Shown in pieces: positions 45,962-54,537 of a stretch of DNA of 54,537 nucleotides. The DNA is from a virus (lineage: Duplodnaviria > Caudoviricetes). The position numbers and the translations under genes are program-made. The notes under the pieces were generated by a model. It was not told the origin of the DNA, did no database searches, and worked only from the letters and a program-made list of their open reading frames with translations. Where the stretch lies: IMG/VR virus record IMGVR_UViG_3300034022_000096, positions 1 through 54,537 of that record; one strand, 5' to 3'. The stretch's first letter is position 1; each line of letters opens with the position of its first letter.

Positions 45962-46136
45962 CGAGGGGTTGCCAAATACCCTTGACATCGTATTCCATGT
46001 GGGCTGAACCCCACCCTACCCCCACCAAGCCATATAGAGGGCGGCCATGGCGACTTCGTGTAAACACTGTTTCGTAACCACGATTCAATTTTTAAAAAAT
46101 CCGAAGTACCCCCACTGTACAAAAACACAGTACCCC

Positions 46137-46169
46137 TAAAAAATTTTATAAAAAATTTTATAAAAAATT
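46137..46169. repeat. 12-bp A-tract tandem repeat
   Basis: (TAAAAAATTTTA) x 2.75. Confidence 0.8.
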
Positions 46170-46185
46170 GGAAAAACCTCGTGGC

Positions 46186-46218
46186 AAAAAAAAAGCCCCG
46201 GGTGTTTAGTCCGGGGCT
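46186..46218 (-). terminator. strong intrinsic terminator
   Basis: AGCCCCGG-N9-CCGGGGC followed by T9 on the minus strand. Confidence 0.8.
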
Positions 46219-46271
46219 AAAGATGGCAACTGGAAACCATCAAGGAGAAGCAAATGCTTGCACACTTGCCG
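46186..46271 (-). ncRNA. predicted ~85-nt small RNA with anti-RBS seed
   Basis: Bounded by a TTGCTT-N17-TACACT promoter and a strong terminator; contains CAUUUGCUUCUCCUUGAU. Confidence 0.55.
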
Positions 46272-46306
46272 AAAAGGAGTGTACACTCTCGCCAACGAGG
46301 AAGCAA
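46258..46306. promoter_or_regulatory. bidirectional promoter pair sharing the AGTGTACACT palindrome
   Basis: (+) TTGCAC(46258)-N18-TACACT(46282) towards terS; (-) TTGCTT(46306-46301)-N17-TACACT(46283-46278). Confidence 0.55.
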
Positions 46307-46325
46307 CTGAAAAGGATTCCTACGC

Positions 46326-46928
46326 ATGTTAGATCACTTGGTGCATTTTGAACCTGAGGTCACCACTCGGGGAAGCTTTGAAAAACTGGACGACGCGACG
46401 CCCAGTGATGTTCTGTCGGCGCAAGTTGCTACAGAGCAATGGTTAGCAGAGATGGGCGTGGATGACGACGAAGTGGTTGCTAACCAACAACAGACACAGG
46501 CTGCGCGAAAAGCGTTTAATGCCGTGACCACCGACGCCACCACCACGGAACAAAAAGCTAACCTCGCAGAACTTAAATCCCCAGCGGCAGTAAGACATCT
46601 AACAGGTATGTTGGCTGCGTACGACTGGCAGTTTATAGACATGGCGCAGGAAATCAGGGGCTACACGGTAGCTAAACTGGTTGAAGAGACGAAGTCCCCC
46701 AACGCCAACATCCGCTTGAAAGCTTTGATTGCGCTAGGCAAGGTCACGGAAGTCGGGCTCTTTACTGAGCAGATTGAGGTCAAGAAGATTGAGATGTCGG
46801 ATGCTGAAGTTGAGCAGCGCATCAAAGATAAGTTGGCCAAGTTCATGGGAGTGATAGACGTGGTGGACGTTTCCGAGCGCCCAGACGATAGTCCACAAGA
46901 GAAGAATGATGGGCCAGATGGACTTTGA
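46326..46928 (+). CDS. terminase small subunit (putative)
   Basis: Directly upstream of and overlapping terL; RLKAL..LGK..EVGLFTE motif. Confidence 0.7.
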   Translation: MLDHLVHFEPEVTTRGSFEKLDDATPSDVLSAQVATEQWLAEMGVDDDEVVANQQQTQAARKAFNAVTTDATTTEQKANLAELKSPAAVRHLTGMLAAYDWQFIDMAQEIRGYTVAKLVEETKSPNANIRLKALIALGKVTEVGLFTEQIEVKKIEMSDAEVEQRIKDKLAKFMGVIDVVDVSERPDDSPQEKNDGPDGL

Positions 46929-48459
46929 ACAGTTCACTTCTATCAGCAGAGTGGAGCTTGAGGCCATCCAGAAGGCGCTGCCTTACATGTCGCTGAGTGA
47001 CAAGATTGAATTGCTGGGCGATATAGAAGTCCGCGAACGACGCGCCAGTCTTACAGTGGCTAAAACAAACATGCTTGGGTTTGCCACTGCGGTGTATCCC
47101 GGCTTTAAGATTGGCCCACACCACAGGAAGCTGGCTAAGATATTTACAGATGTGGTTGAGGGCAAGAAGAAGAGGGTGATTATCAACATCGCGCCGCGTA
47201 TGGGTAAGTCTGAGTTCTCCTCTTACTTGTTTCCCGCGTACTTCCTTGGCAAGTATCCCAACAAGAAAATCATCATGGGCACGCACACTGCGGGTCTGTC
47301 GGAAGACTTCGGTCGGCGCGTACGTAACTTGATTGATTCGGAGGAGTACCGTGATGTATTTCCGCAAACCTTGGTGGCAGACGATCAGAAAGCTGCCGGT
47401 AAATGGTCTACAAGCGCTGGCGGTCAGTATTATGCTGCTGGTGTCGGGGGCGCTCTTGCTGGTCGTGGTGCTGATCTGTTTGTTATTGACGATCCTCATT
47501 CCGAGCAGGACGTTAAAATCAATTCAAGGCTGGCTTTTGATACCGCATGGTCGTGGTTTCAGACGGGGCCGCTCCAACGTCTGATGCCGGGTGGTGCAAT
47601 CATCATTGTGATGACGCGTTGGTCGCTGTTAGACCTGACTGGGCGCTTAATTGACTATCAATCAAAGAATCCTGAGTCAATTCCGTGGGAGATTGTGGAG
47701 CTTCCAGCTATTTTGAACGAGGACGAGGACAACGAGAAGTCACTTTGGCCCGAGCAGTGGCCACTTGATAGCTTAAAAGCTACAAAAGCGTCGATTGATC
47801 CGCGTTATTGGAACGCGCAGTACATGCAGCAGCCCACATCTGAGAACTCTGCCATCGTTTCACGCAAAATGTGGCGTATTTGGGAGCCTGATGACCCACC
47901 AAGGTGTGAATACATCATTCAGTCGTGGGACACGGCGTTTGAGACCAAGAATACATCCGACTACTCTGCGTGTACAACGTGGGGCATTTTCTACAACGAG
48001 GAAGAAAATGACTCCCCCCAGCTTATCCTACTGGATGCGTTTAAAGATCGTATGGCTTTTCCTGAACTTAAGGTGGTGGCGCTTAAGCAATACAAAGAGT
48101 GGGAACCGGATGCGTTCATTGTGGAGAAAAAGGCATCTGGGGGGCCGTTGATTCAGGAACTGCGGGCGTTGGGCATACCTGTGCAGGAGTTCAGCCCATC
48201 AAGGGGCAATGACAAGATGGTGCGTGTCAACGCTGTTGCGGATTTATTCAGCAGTGGTAAAGTCTGGGCACCTGACACACGCTGGGCACGGGAAGTGATT
48301 GAAGAGTTGGCCGCGTTCCCAGTTGGGGAGCACGACGACTACGTGGACACGACAACACAGGCGCTGCTACGCTTCAGGCAAGGCGGCTTTATTGCTTTAG
48401 ACACGGACGAGAAAGATGACCTTGCGCTCTTTCACCGCAGGAAACACGAATACTACTGA
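46906..48459 (+). CDS. terL: terminase large subunit
   Basis: APRMGKS Walker A, VIDDP Walker B, MTRW coupling motif, SWDTA and HDDYVD nuclease motifs; the start may be 46918. Confidence 0.95.
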   Translation: MMGQMDFEQFTSISRVELEAIQKALPYMSLSDKIELLGDIEVRERRASLTVAKTNMLGFATAVYPGFKIGPHHRKLAKIFTDVVEGKKKRVIINIAPRMGKSEFSSYLFPAYFLGKYPNKKIIMGTHTAGLSEDFGRRVRNLIDSEEYRDVFPQTLVADDQKAAGKWSTSAGGQYYAAGVGGALAGRGADLFVIDDPHSEQDVKINSRLAFDTAWSWFQTGPLQRLMPGGAIIIVMTRWSLLDLTGRLIDYQSKNPESIPWEIVELPAILNEDEDNEKSLWPEQWPLDSLKATKASIDPRYWNAQYMQQPTSENSAIVSRKMWRIWEPDDPPRCEYIIQSWDTAFETKNTSDYSACTTWGIFYNEEENDSPQLILLDAFKDRMAFPELKVVALKQYKEWEPDAFIVEKKASGGPLIQELRALGIPVQEFSPSRGNDKMVRVNAVADLFSSGKVWAPDTRWAREVIEELAAFPVGEHDDYVDTTTQALLRFRQGGFIALDTDEKDDLALFHRRKHEYY

Positions 48460-48725
48460 TGGCTACACAGAAGTTCATGGGCAAGAATCAACTGATCGAC
48501 CGATTGGCCGCGCAGATGGGATCGCGTGACGGAGCTTTGGATGTACTGCGCCAGCGTGGGCATGTGGACGCACAAGGTAATTTGACAGAAGCCGGTAAAA
48601 AGCGCGATGCTATGACGGCTGAAGAACGCGCTCTTGACAGAGCAAGCCTACGCACAGGTAAGAAACCGTCGGCCTTTAAATACGACCCCAGCACAAACCG
48701 TGCAACTTTGAGAAAGAAATTCTGA
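48459..48725 (+). CDS. basic hypothetical protein between terL and portal
   Basis: TGATG coupling; 88 aa. Confidence 0.65.
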   Translation: MATQKFMGKNQLIDRLAAQMGSRDGALDVLRQRGHVDAQGNLTEAGKKRDAMTAEERALDRASLRTGKKPSAFKYDPSTNRATLRKKF

Positions 48726-48726
48726 C

Positions 48727-51222
48727 ATGGCTACCAATATCGACAAAGCGCTGTACCAACAACCAATGGGCATTGACGCGCTGGGCGAGCAGGAATCCCC
48801 ACTTGAGATTGAGATTGTTGATCCCGAAGAAGTCACTATTGGCATGGACGGCATCGAGATCACGCTTACGCCCGGAGAAGATGACGGCGAAGAAGGCTTT
48901 GACGACAACTTGGCCGAGTATATAAAAAGTGGTGCCTTGCAGTCGCTGGCTGGGGACTTGGTGTCTGACATTGATAACGATAAGAATGGCCGCAAGGATT
49001 GGGAGAAGACGTACGTTGATGGTCTGAAGCTCTTGGGCTTGCAGATCGAAGAACGCACAGAACCATGGAACGGCGCGTGTGGTGTGTTCCACCCCATGAT
49101 TACAGAAGCAGTTGTGCGCTTCCAAGCTGAGACAATCACTGAGACGTTCCCAGCCCAAGGGCCTGTGCGCAGCAAACTCATCGGCAAAGAAACGCCAGAG
49201 ATGAAAGAAGTTGCGTCTAACGTTGAAGATGACATGAACTACGAGTTGACGGAGGTCATGACAGAGTACCGCGCTGAACACGAGCGCATGCTTTGGTCAC
49301 TGCCAGCCACAGGCTCAGCGTTTAAGAAGGTGTACTACGATCCCAATTTGGGACGTCAAGTATCTATGTTTATTCCTGCGGAAGATATGTATCTGCCATA
49401 CGGTACAACGGACTTGGATACTTGTTACCGCATCACGCACGTCATGCGCAAGACCAAGAATGAGATTATCAAGCTTCAGCAAGTTGGCTTCTACCTTGAC
49501 ATTGACTTGGCTGACGCCCCCAAAGAGTTAACCGACATTCAGAAAGCCAAAGATAAAGAGACTGGCTTTAGTGACTTAAACGACGACCGCTACACGCTGT
49601 ATGAGTGCCACGTTGATTTAAACCTTGAAGGTTACGAAGATAAAGACGACGCGGGTGACGAGACCGGCATCATGTTGCCGTACGTTGTCACGTTGATTAA
49701 AGGCTCTAACGACATCCTGTCAATCCGCCGCAACTGGAAGGAAGAAGATGACCTCAGACTCAAGCGCCAGCACTTCGTTCACTACCAATATATTCCGGGT
49801 TTTGGAGCTTACGGCTTCGGGCTTTTCCACCTTATCGGAGGCTTTGCTAAATCCGCTACATCCCTCATGCGCCAGCTTGTCGATGCAGGAACTCTTGCCA
49901 ACTTACCCGGCGGACTCAAGACACGCGGATTGCGAATCAAAGGCGACGACACACCAATCGCACCCGGAGAGTTCCGTGACGTAGACGTTGGCTCGGGTAC
50001 GATCCGTGACAACATCTTGCCGCTTCCGTACAAGGAGCCAAGCGCTACGCTGTTTAACTTGATGCAGACCATCGTTGATGAAGGTCGCCGTTTTGCCGCG
50101 ACTGCTGACATGAAGGTGTCGGATATGTCTGCGCAGGCTCCCGTTGGCACAACGCTGGCGCTACTAGAGCGCCAGTTAAAGGTAATGACTGCGGTGCAGG
50201 CTCGTGTGCACTTTGCCCTGAAGCAAGAGTTCAAACTCTTGAAGAACATCATCCGCGACTACACCGACGCTGATTACACATACACACCTGAGTACGGCAC
50301 TCGCAAAGCTAAGAAAGCCGACTATGACTTGGTGGATGTTATCCCCGTGTCAGACCCCAACGCTGCGACCATGTCTCAGCGCGTTATCCAGTATCAAGCC
50401 GTTATTCAAATGGCGCAGATGGCTCCGGACATCTACAACTTGCCCGAACTTCACCGCGGTATGTTGAACGTTTTAGGTATCAAGAACGCAGAGAAGCTTG
50501 TGCCAATTGAGGACGATCAGAAGCCAATTGACCCAGTGCAAGAGAACCAGAATGCGCTTAAGGGTAAGCCACTTAAAGCGTTCTTACACCAAGATCATGC
50601 CTCGCATATCCAAGTGCACATGATGTTGCTCCAAGACCCGATGATGCAGCAGTTCATTGGTCAGAACCCACAGGCCCCCAAGATCATGGGTGCAATCACT
50701 GCGCACATTGCAGAGCACGTTGGTTACCAGATGCGCCAGCAGATCGAGCAGCAGTTGGGTATGCCCCTGCCTCCCGAAGACGAGAAGTTGCCACCACAGG
50801 TGGAGATCGCGTTGTCCGGCATGATGGCTCAAGCCGCGCAACAGGTGTTGATGCAGAACCAAGCCAAGGCTGCACAGATGCAGGCACAGCAACAGATGCA
50901 AGACCCAGTCATGCAGTTGCAGATGCAGGAACTCCAACTCAAAGGCCAAGAGCTCGAGTTGAAGAAACAAAAGATCATGATGGACGCTGCTGCCAAGGCC
51001 GACGCACAGGCTCTGAAAGAGCAAGAAGTCAGCGGCAAACTGGAGTTGGAAGCTCTTCGCACAGGTGCGCAAATCAAAGAAAGCGAATTCAAGCAGCAGT
51101 TTGAACAAGAACGTGCCGGTATCCAGATGGGTTCCGACATCGCAAAGAGTAAAGCCCAGATGGAGTTACAAGCGCGTACTGCTGCGCTCTCAAATAGCAA
51201 ACAACGTGAGCCCAAATCATGA
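48727..51222 (+). CDS. portal protein (P22-like, long Gln-rich C-terminal barrel)
   Basis: Follows terL; GSAFKKVY, FYG/AYGFGL and VGTTLALLE motifs; Q/M-rich coiled-coil tail. Confidence 0.88.
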   Translation: MATNIDKALYQQPMGIDALGEQESPLEIEIVDPEEVTIGMDGIEITLTPGEDDGEEGFDDNLAEYIKSGALQSLAGDLVSDIDNDKNGRKDWEKTYVDGLKLLGLQIEERTEPWNGACGVFHPMITEAVVRFQAETITETFPAQGPVRSKLIGKETPEMKEVASNVEDDMNYELTEVMTEYRAEHERMLWSLPATGSAFKKVYYDPNLGRQVSMFIPAEDMYLPYGTTDLDTCYRITHVMRKTKNEIIKLQQVGFYLDIDLADAPKELTDIQKAKDKETGFSDLNDDRYTLYECHVDLNLEGYEDKDDAGDETGIMLPYVVTLIKGSNDILSIRRNWKEEDDLRLKRQHFVHYQYIPGFGAYGFGLFHLIGGFAKSATSLMRQLVDAGTLANLPGGLKTRGLRIKGDDTPIAPGEFRDVDVGSGTIRDNILPLPYKEPSATLFNLMQTIVDEGRRFAATADMKVSDMSAQAPVGTTLALLERQLKVMTAVQARVHFALKQEFKLLKNIIRDYTDADYTYTPEYGTRKAKKADYDLVDVIPVSDPNAATMSQRVIQYQAVIQMAQMAPDIYNLPELHRGMLNVLGIKNAEKLVPIEDDQKPIDPVQENQNALKGKPLKAFLHQDHASHIQVHMMLLQDPMMQQFIGQNPQAPKIMGAITAHIAEHVGYQMRQQIEQQLGMPLPPEDEKLPPQVEIALSGMMAQAAQQVLMQNQAKAAQMQAQQQMQDPVMQLQMQELQLKGQELELKKQKIMMDAAAKADAQALKEQEVSGKLELEALRTGAQIKESEFKQQFEQERAGIQMGSDIAKSKAQMELQARTAALSNSKQREPKS

Positions 51223-51413
51223 TTCAAGACTTCGTACGCGTATTACGTGAAAAAATACGCACTGACATGAACAACTACGCTGATGACTTGGCTGGCGGTT
51301 CGTGCCGTACTTTTGAAGAGTATCAAAAACTTTGCGGGATTATTCAGGGTCTAGCCCTCGCAGAGCGTTATCTACTTGACCTTGCGCAGAAAGTTGAAGA
51401 ATCAGATGAGTGA
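51219..51413 (+). CDS. small conserved head-module protein
   Basis: FEEYQ..CG.I.GL motif; between portal and groES. Confidence 0.7.
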   Translation: MIQDFVRVLREKIRTDMNNYADDLAGGSCRTFEEYQKLCGIIQGLALAERYLLDLAQKVEESDE

Positions 51414-51843
51414 TATTGATTTAACCCCCGGTGCTTTTGCACTGCCTGAACCCATCCAACCTCTGGATGCACCTGAAGCCGAAGCTAACGATGAGCAGAA
51501 AGCCACGCAACTCCCAATCCCAACAGGTTGGAAGATTCTTTGCGCTGTGCCCGACATCTCTGAACGAGTGGATGGTACAAGTCTGGACTTAGTCCGGCCT
51601 ATTGAGAGCATGCGCCAAGAAGAAACAGCAACCACTGTGTTGTTTGTTTTGAAAGTTGGCCCCGATGCGTACAATGACACCGCCAAGTTTCCCAACGGAG
51701 CATGGTGTAAAGAGGGCGACTTCGTGTTAGTACGTACTTACTCCGGCACAAGATTCAAGATCTTTGGCAAGGAGTTCCGTCTCATCAACGACGACCAAGT
51801 TGATGCTGTTGTGCAAGACCCTCGCGGACTGACCCGCGCTTGA
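51406..51843 (+). CDS. groES: co-chaperonin GroES-like protein
   Basis: PTGWKIL, VLKVGP, KEGDFVL..YSGT...GKEFRLINDDQV.AVV match Cpn10. Confidence 0.85.
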   Translation: MSDIDLTPGAFALPEPIQPLDAPEAEANDEQKATQLPIPTGWKILCAVPDISERVDGTSLDLVRPIESMRQEETATTVLFVLKVGPDAYNDTAKFPNGAWCKEGDFVLVRTYSGTRFKIFGKEFRLINDDQVDAVVQDPRGLTRA

Positions 51844-51853
51844 AAGGAAGAAT

Positions 51854-52804
51854 ATGGCTGAACCGTACAAGTTCCCCGACGAAGTTGAAGACAAGAAGAC
51901 CAATGAGGTTGAGTTTGAGATTGAGGGGGTGGATGATGTAGAGATTGAAATCGAAGACGACACGCCCGAGCGCGACAGAGGCCGCAAGCCCCTAGACCGT
52001 GAAGTGCTTGATCCGACCGATGAAGAAATCGAGTCCTATTCTGACAAAGTCAAGGGGCGAATTAAAGAGTTGACCCACGCCCGTCACGACGAGCGCCGTG
52101 TCAAAGAAGCCACGATGCGTGAGAAGCAAGAGCTTGAGCGTCTTGCACAGCAGTTGATTGAGGAGAACAAACGCCTCAAACAAAATGTATACACAGGACA
52201 AGAAGCTATCATTGAGGGCGCTAAGTCAAAAGCCGATTCTGAGTTGGTTATGGCAAGGCGTAAACTCAAGGAAGCCCAAGAGTCCTTCGACACGGATGCC
52301 ATCATTGAAGCCCAAGAAGCTGTGATGGACGCAAAGATTCGTGCAGAACAAGTAAAAAATTATCGTCCAACCCCTTTACAGGAAGATAATTTTGAGGTAC
52401 AAACGCAACAAGCCCAACCTTCAAGGGCTGAACCGGACGAAAAAACTCTGCGCTGGCAGGCAAAAAACCAGTGGTTCGGACAGCAAGGGTTTGAAGAATA
52501 CACCAGCTACGCACTAGGGCTGCATCAGAAACTAGTCACAAACGGAGTGGATCCCCGCTCTGCTGAATATTTCGACCAAATTGATGGTCGCATGAAGTCA
52601 ACTTTTCCGGATTTATTCGGTCAAGCAAATGACAAGCCAAGGTCTGGTGAGGTTCAAAAACGACCTACGACAGTGGTTGCCTCTGTATCTCGTTCTACGA
52701 GTGCAGGAAAAATTAAGCTAACTCAAACGCAAGTAGCGTTAGCGAAAAAATTTGGTTTAACCCCGCAGCAATATGCTGCACAAGTAGCGAAACTGGAGAA
52801 CTGA
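51854..52804 (+). CDS. capsid scaffolding protein (putative)
   Basis: Acidic N-terminus, coiled coil, W...N.WF, C-terminal LT.TQVALAKKFGLTPQQYA. Confidence 0.75.
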   Translation: MAEPYKFPDEVEDKKTNEVEFEIEGVDDVEIEIEDDTPERDRGRKPLDREVLDPTDEEIESYSDKVKGRIKELTHARHDERRVKEATMREKQELERLAQQLIEENKRLKQNVYTGQEAIIEGAKSKADSELVMARRKLKEAQESFDTDAIIEAQEAVMDAKIRAEQVKNYRPTPLQEDNFEVQTQQAQPSRAEPDEKTLRWQAKNQWFGQQGFEEYTSYALGLHQKLVTNGVDPRSAEYFDQIDGRMKSTFPDLFGQANDKPRSGEVQKRPTTVVASVSRSTSAGKIKLTQTQVALAKKFGLTPQQYAAQVAKLEN

Positions 52805-52805
52805 A

Positions 52806-53264
52806 ATGGCTGAAACAATTGACCGCTCAAATCGTGACACTAAGTCACGCGATAAATCTGTTCGTGCAGTATACGTACCGCCGAGCAACTTGCCCGATCC
52901 GACACCTGATCCAGATTACACGTTTCGCTGGGTAGCGACTCATGTGCTAGGTCAGCCATTAGCCAACAACGTGTCCTTACAGATGCGCGATGGTTATGAG
53001 CCGGTGAAAGCAGTGGATCATCCAGAATTGGCCTTGTTTGGTAACAACGCAAACGGCAATGTGGAAATTGGTGGGCTGATGCTTTGCAAGGCTCCCAAGG
53101 AACGCGTTGAAGCCCGCGCTGAGTATTACAACAAGCAGGCTCAAAACCAGATGGATTCAGTTGACAATCATTTCATGCGAAATAGTGATCCTCGGATGCC
53201 CTTGTTTGCTGACCGCAAGTCAACAACAAGTCGCGGAACAGGATTTGGTTCTGGTTCTAAATAA
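52806..53264 (+). CDS. conserved head-module protein
   Basis: FRWV and GYEPV...IGGLMLCK motifs; between scaffold and capsid genes. Confidence 0.7.
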   Translation: MAETIDRSNRDTKSRDKSVRAVYVPPSNLPDPTPDPDYTFRWVATHVLGQPLANNVSLQMRDGYEPVKAVDHPELALFGNNANGNVEIGGLMLCKAPKERVEARAEYYNKQAQNQMDSVDNHFMRNSDPRMPLFADRKSTTSRGTGFGSGSK

Positions 53265-53279
53265 TTTATAGGAGTCTTT

Positions 53280-53885
53280 ATGGCTTATCCTACAGTCTCG
53301 GCCCCTTACGGTCTAAAGCCTGTAAACCTAATAGGTGGACAGGTATTCGCGGGTTCAACCCGTTTGATGCAAATTGCTAGTGGCTATGCCACGAACATTT
53401 TCTACGGTGACTTGGTAAAACGTATCTCTGATGGAACTATCGAAAAGGACGCGGGTACAACAACTGCCACGCCTTGCGGTATTTTCTTAGGTGTTCAGTT
53501 TACCAATGGTTCAACTGGTCAAGTCCAGCAACAACAGTACTATCCAGCAAGTCAGGCTATCAAGTCTGGCACGCAGATTTTTGCTGTGGTCGCTGATGAT
53601 CCTGACACATTGTTCCAAGTAGCTGTTGTGTCTGGTACAACTGTTATCTCTGGTGTTGGCATTTCCGCCATCGGCAATAACGCCACGTTGGTACAGAACG
53701 CCGGTAGCACCACGTCAGGTAACTCTGCCGTAGCTATTTTGGACAGTACCGCCACAACCAACACTCTGCCTATTCGTATCATTGACGTAGTTCGGGACAC
53801 CGCCACTGCTGCTGATAACTTCCCTGAAGTTATTGTCAAGATCAATGCGACTATGCATCAGTACAACAACGCAACTGGCGTATAA
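53280..53885 (+). CDS. capsid decoration/cement-like protein
   Basis: APYGLKPV, IFYGDLV and V.DDP..LF motifs; directly upstream of the major capsid gene. Confidence 0.65.
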   Translation: MAYPTVSAPYGLKPVNLIGGQVFAGSTRLMQIASGYATNIFYGDLVKRISDGTIEKDAGTTTATPCGIFLGVQFTNGSTGQVQQQQYYPASQAIKSGTQIFAVVADDPDTLFQVAVVSGTTVISGVGISAIGNNATLVQNAGSTTSGNSAVAILDSTATTNTLPIRIIDVVRDTATAADNFPEVIVKINATMHQYNNATGV

Positions 53886-53897
53886 GGAGCATAAACC

Positions 53898-54537
53898 ATG
53901 GCTATTTCACGCGCACAACTACTTAAAGAACTGCTCCCCGGCCTGAACGCTTTGTTCGGCTTGCAGTACGCTACTTACGGCGAAGAGCACAAAGAAATCT
54001 ACGAAACAGAGAAATCTGAGCGTAGCTTTGAAGAAGAGACAAAACTGTCTGGCTTCTCTGCGGCTCCTGTCAAGAACGAGGGTTCAGCCATTGCTTATGA
54101 CAATGCGCAAGAAGCGTTCACGGCTCGCTACAACCACGAAACCATCGCCTTGGGTTTCTCAATCACTGAAGAAGCGGTTGAAGATAACTTGTACGACAGC
54201 TTGTCTGCTCGCTACACCAAGGGTCTGGCTCGTGCTATGGCTTACACCAAGCAGGTTAAAGCTGCATCCGTCTTAAACAACGGCTTCACAGGTGGTGTTT
54301 ATGCTGGTGGTGATGGTGTTGCTCTGTTCTCTACAGCGCACCCATTAGTCTCTGGTGGTACCAACAGTAACCGTCCTTCAACCAACTCTGACTTGAATGA
54401 AACATCGTTGGAAAACGCTGTGATTCAGATCGCTGCTTGGACTGATGAGCGTGGTCTGTTGATCGCTGCTAAACCTAGAAAACTCGTTGTGCCTCCAGCA
54501 CTTCAGTTCGTTGCTACTCGTTTGCTCGAAACCAACC
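53898..54537 (+). CDS. major capsid protein, 3'-truncated (not in ORF track)
   Basis: AAGGAG RBS; MAISRAQLLKELLPGLNALFG...ETIALGFSITEEAVEDNLY...LFSTAHPL; open to the window end. Confidence 0.88.
   Translation, partial: MAISRAQLLKELLPGLNALFGLQYATYGEEHKEIYETEKSERSFEEETKLSGFSAAPVKNEGSAIAYDNAQEAFTARYNHETIALGFSITEEAVEDNLYDSLSARYTKGLARAMAYTKQVKAASVLNNGFTGGVYAGGDGVALFSTAHPLVSGGTNSNRPSTNSDLNETSLENAVIQIAAWTDERGLLIAAKPRKLVVPPALQFVATRLLETN

Noticed and set aside
46254-46310. Plus-strand 18-aa ORF with a strong RBS
   Set aside because: Its RBS lies upstream of the predicted plus-strand start site (about 46294). Not called as a CDS, but it remains the main alternative to the sRNA model.
1-54537. tRNA genes, integrase, reverse transcriptase/DGR, introns or inteins
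   Set aside because: No cloverleaf or catalytic motifs seen by eye; polA, terL and helicase are uninterrupted and of normal length. tRNAscan and HMM searches were not run.

Overview
This window is most of a tailed dsDNA phage genome (P22/podovirus-like morphogenesis, family-A DNA polymerase), cut inside a tail-fibre gene at the left end and inside the major capsid gene at the right end. Layout: (+) 1-23.9 kb holds modular Gly-rich tail-fibre genes, a lysis cassette, a tail tubular protein, three putative internal virion proteins and a 2855-aa polyvalent protein. (-) 23.9-45.9 kb holds replication and early genes: primase/DUF927-like helicase, SSB-like protein, SNF2 helicase, HNH, PD-(D/E)XK nuclease, PolA, VRR-NUC, an AAA+/VWA-peptidase pair and many small ORFs. 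(+) 46.3-54.5 kb holds terS, terL, portal, GroES, scaffold and capsid genes. I saw no integrase, tRNA or CRISPR array. The most interesting signals are non-coding or motif-level. (1) A ~160-nt minus-strand RNA with two predicted pseudoknots (35.8-36.0 kb). (2) A predicted ~85-nt small RNA made divergently from the late promoter and complementary to the RBS/start codon of several replication-region genes. (3) A 25-bp quasi-palindromic site repeated 4-5 times in the early region. (4) A terminated early leader suggesting antitermination. (5) A non-structural-region protein carrying a copy of the scaffold C-terminal motif. All calls come from reading motifs by eye; no database searches were run.
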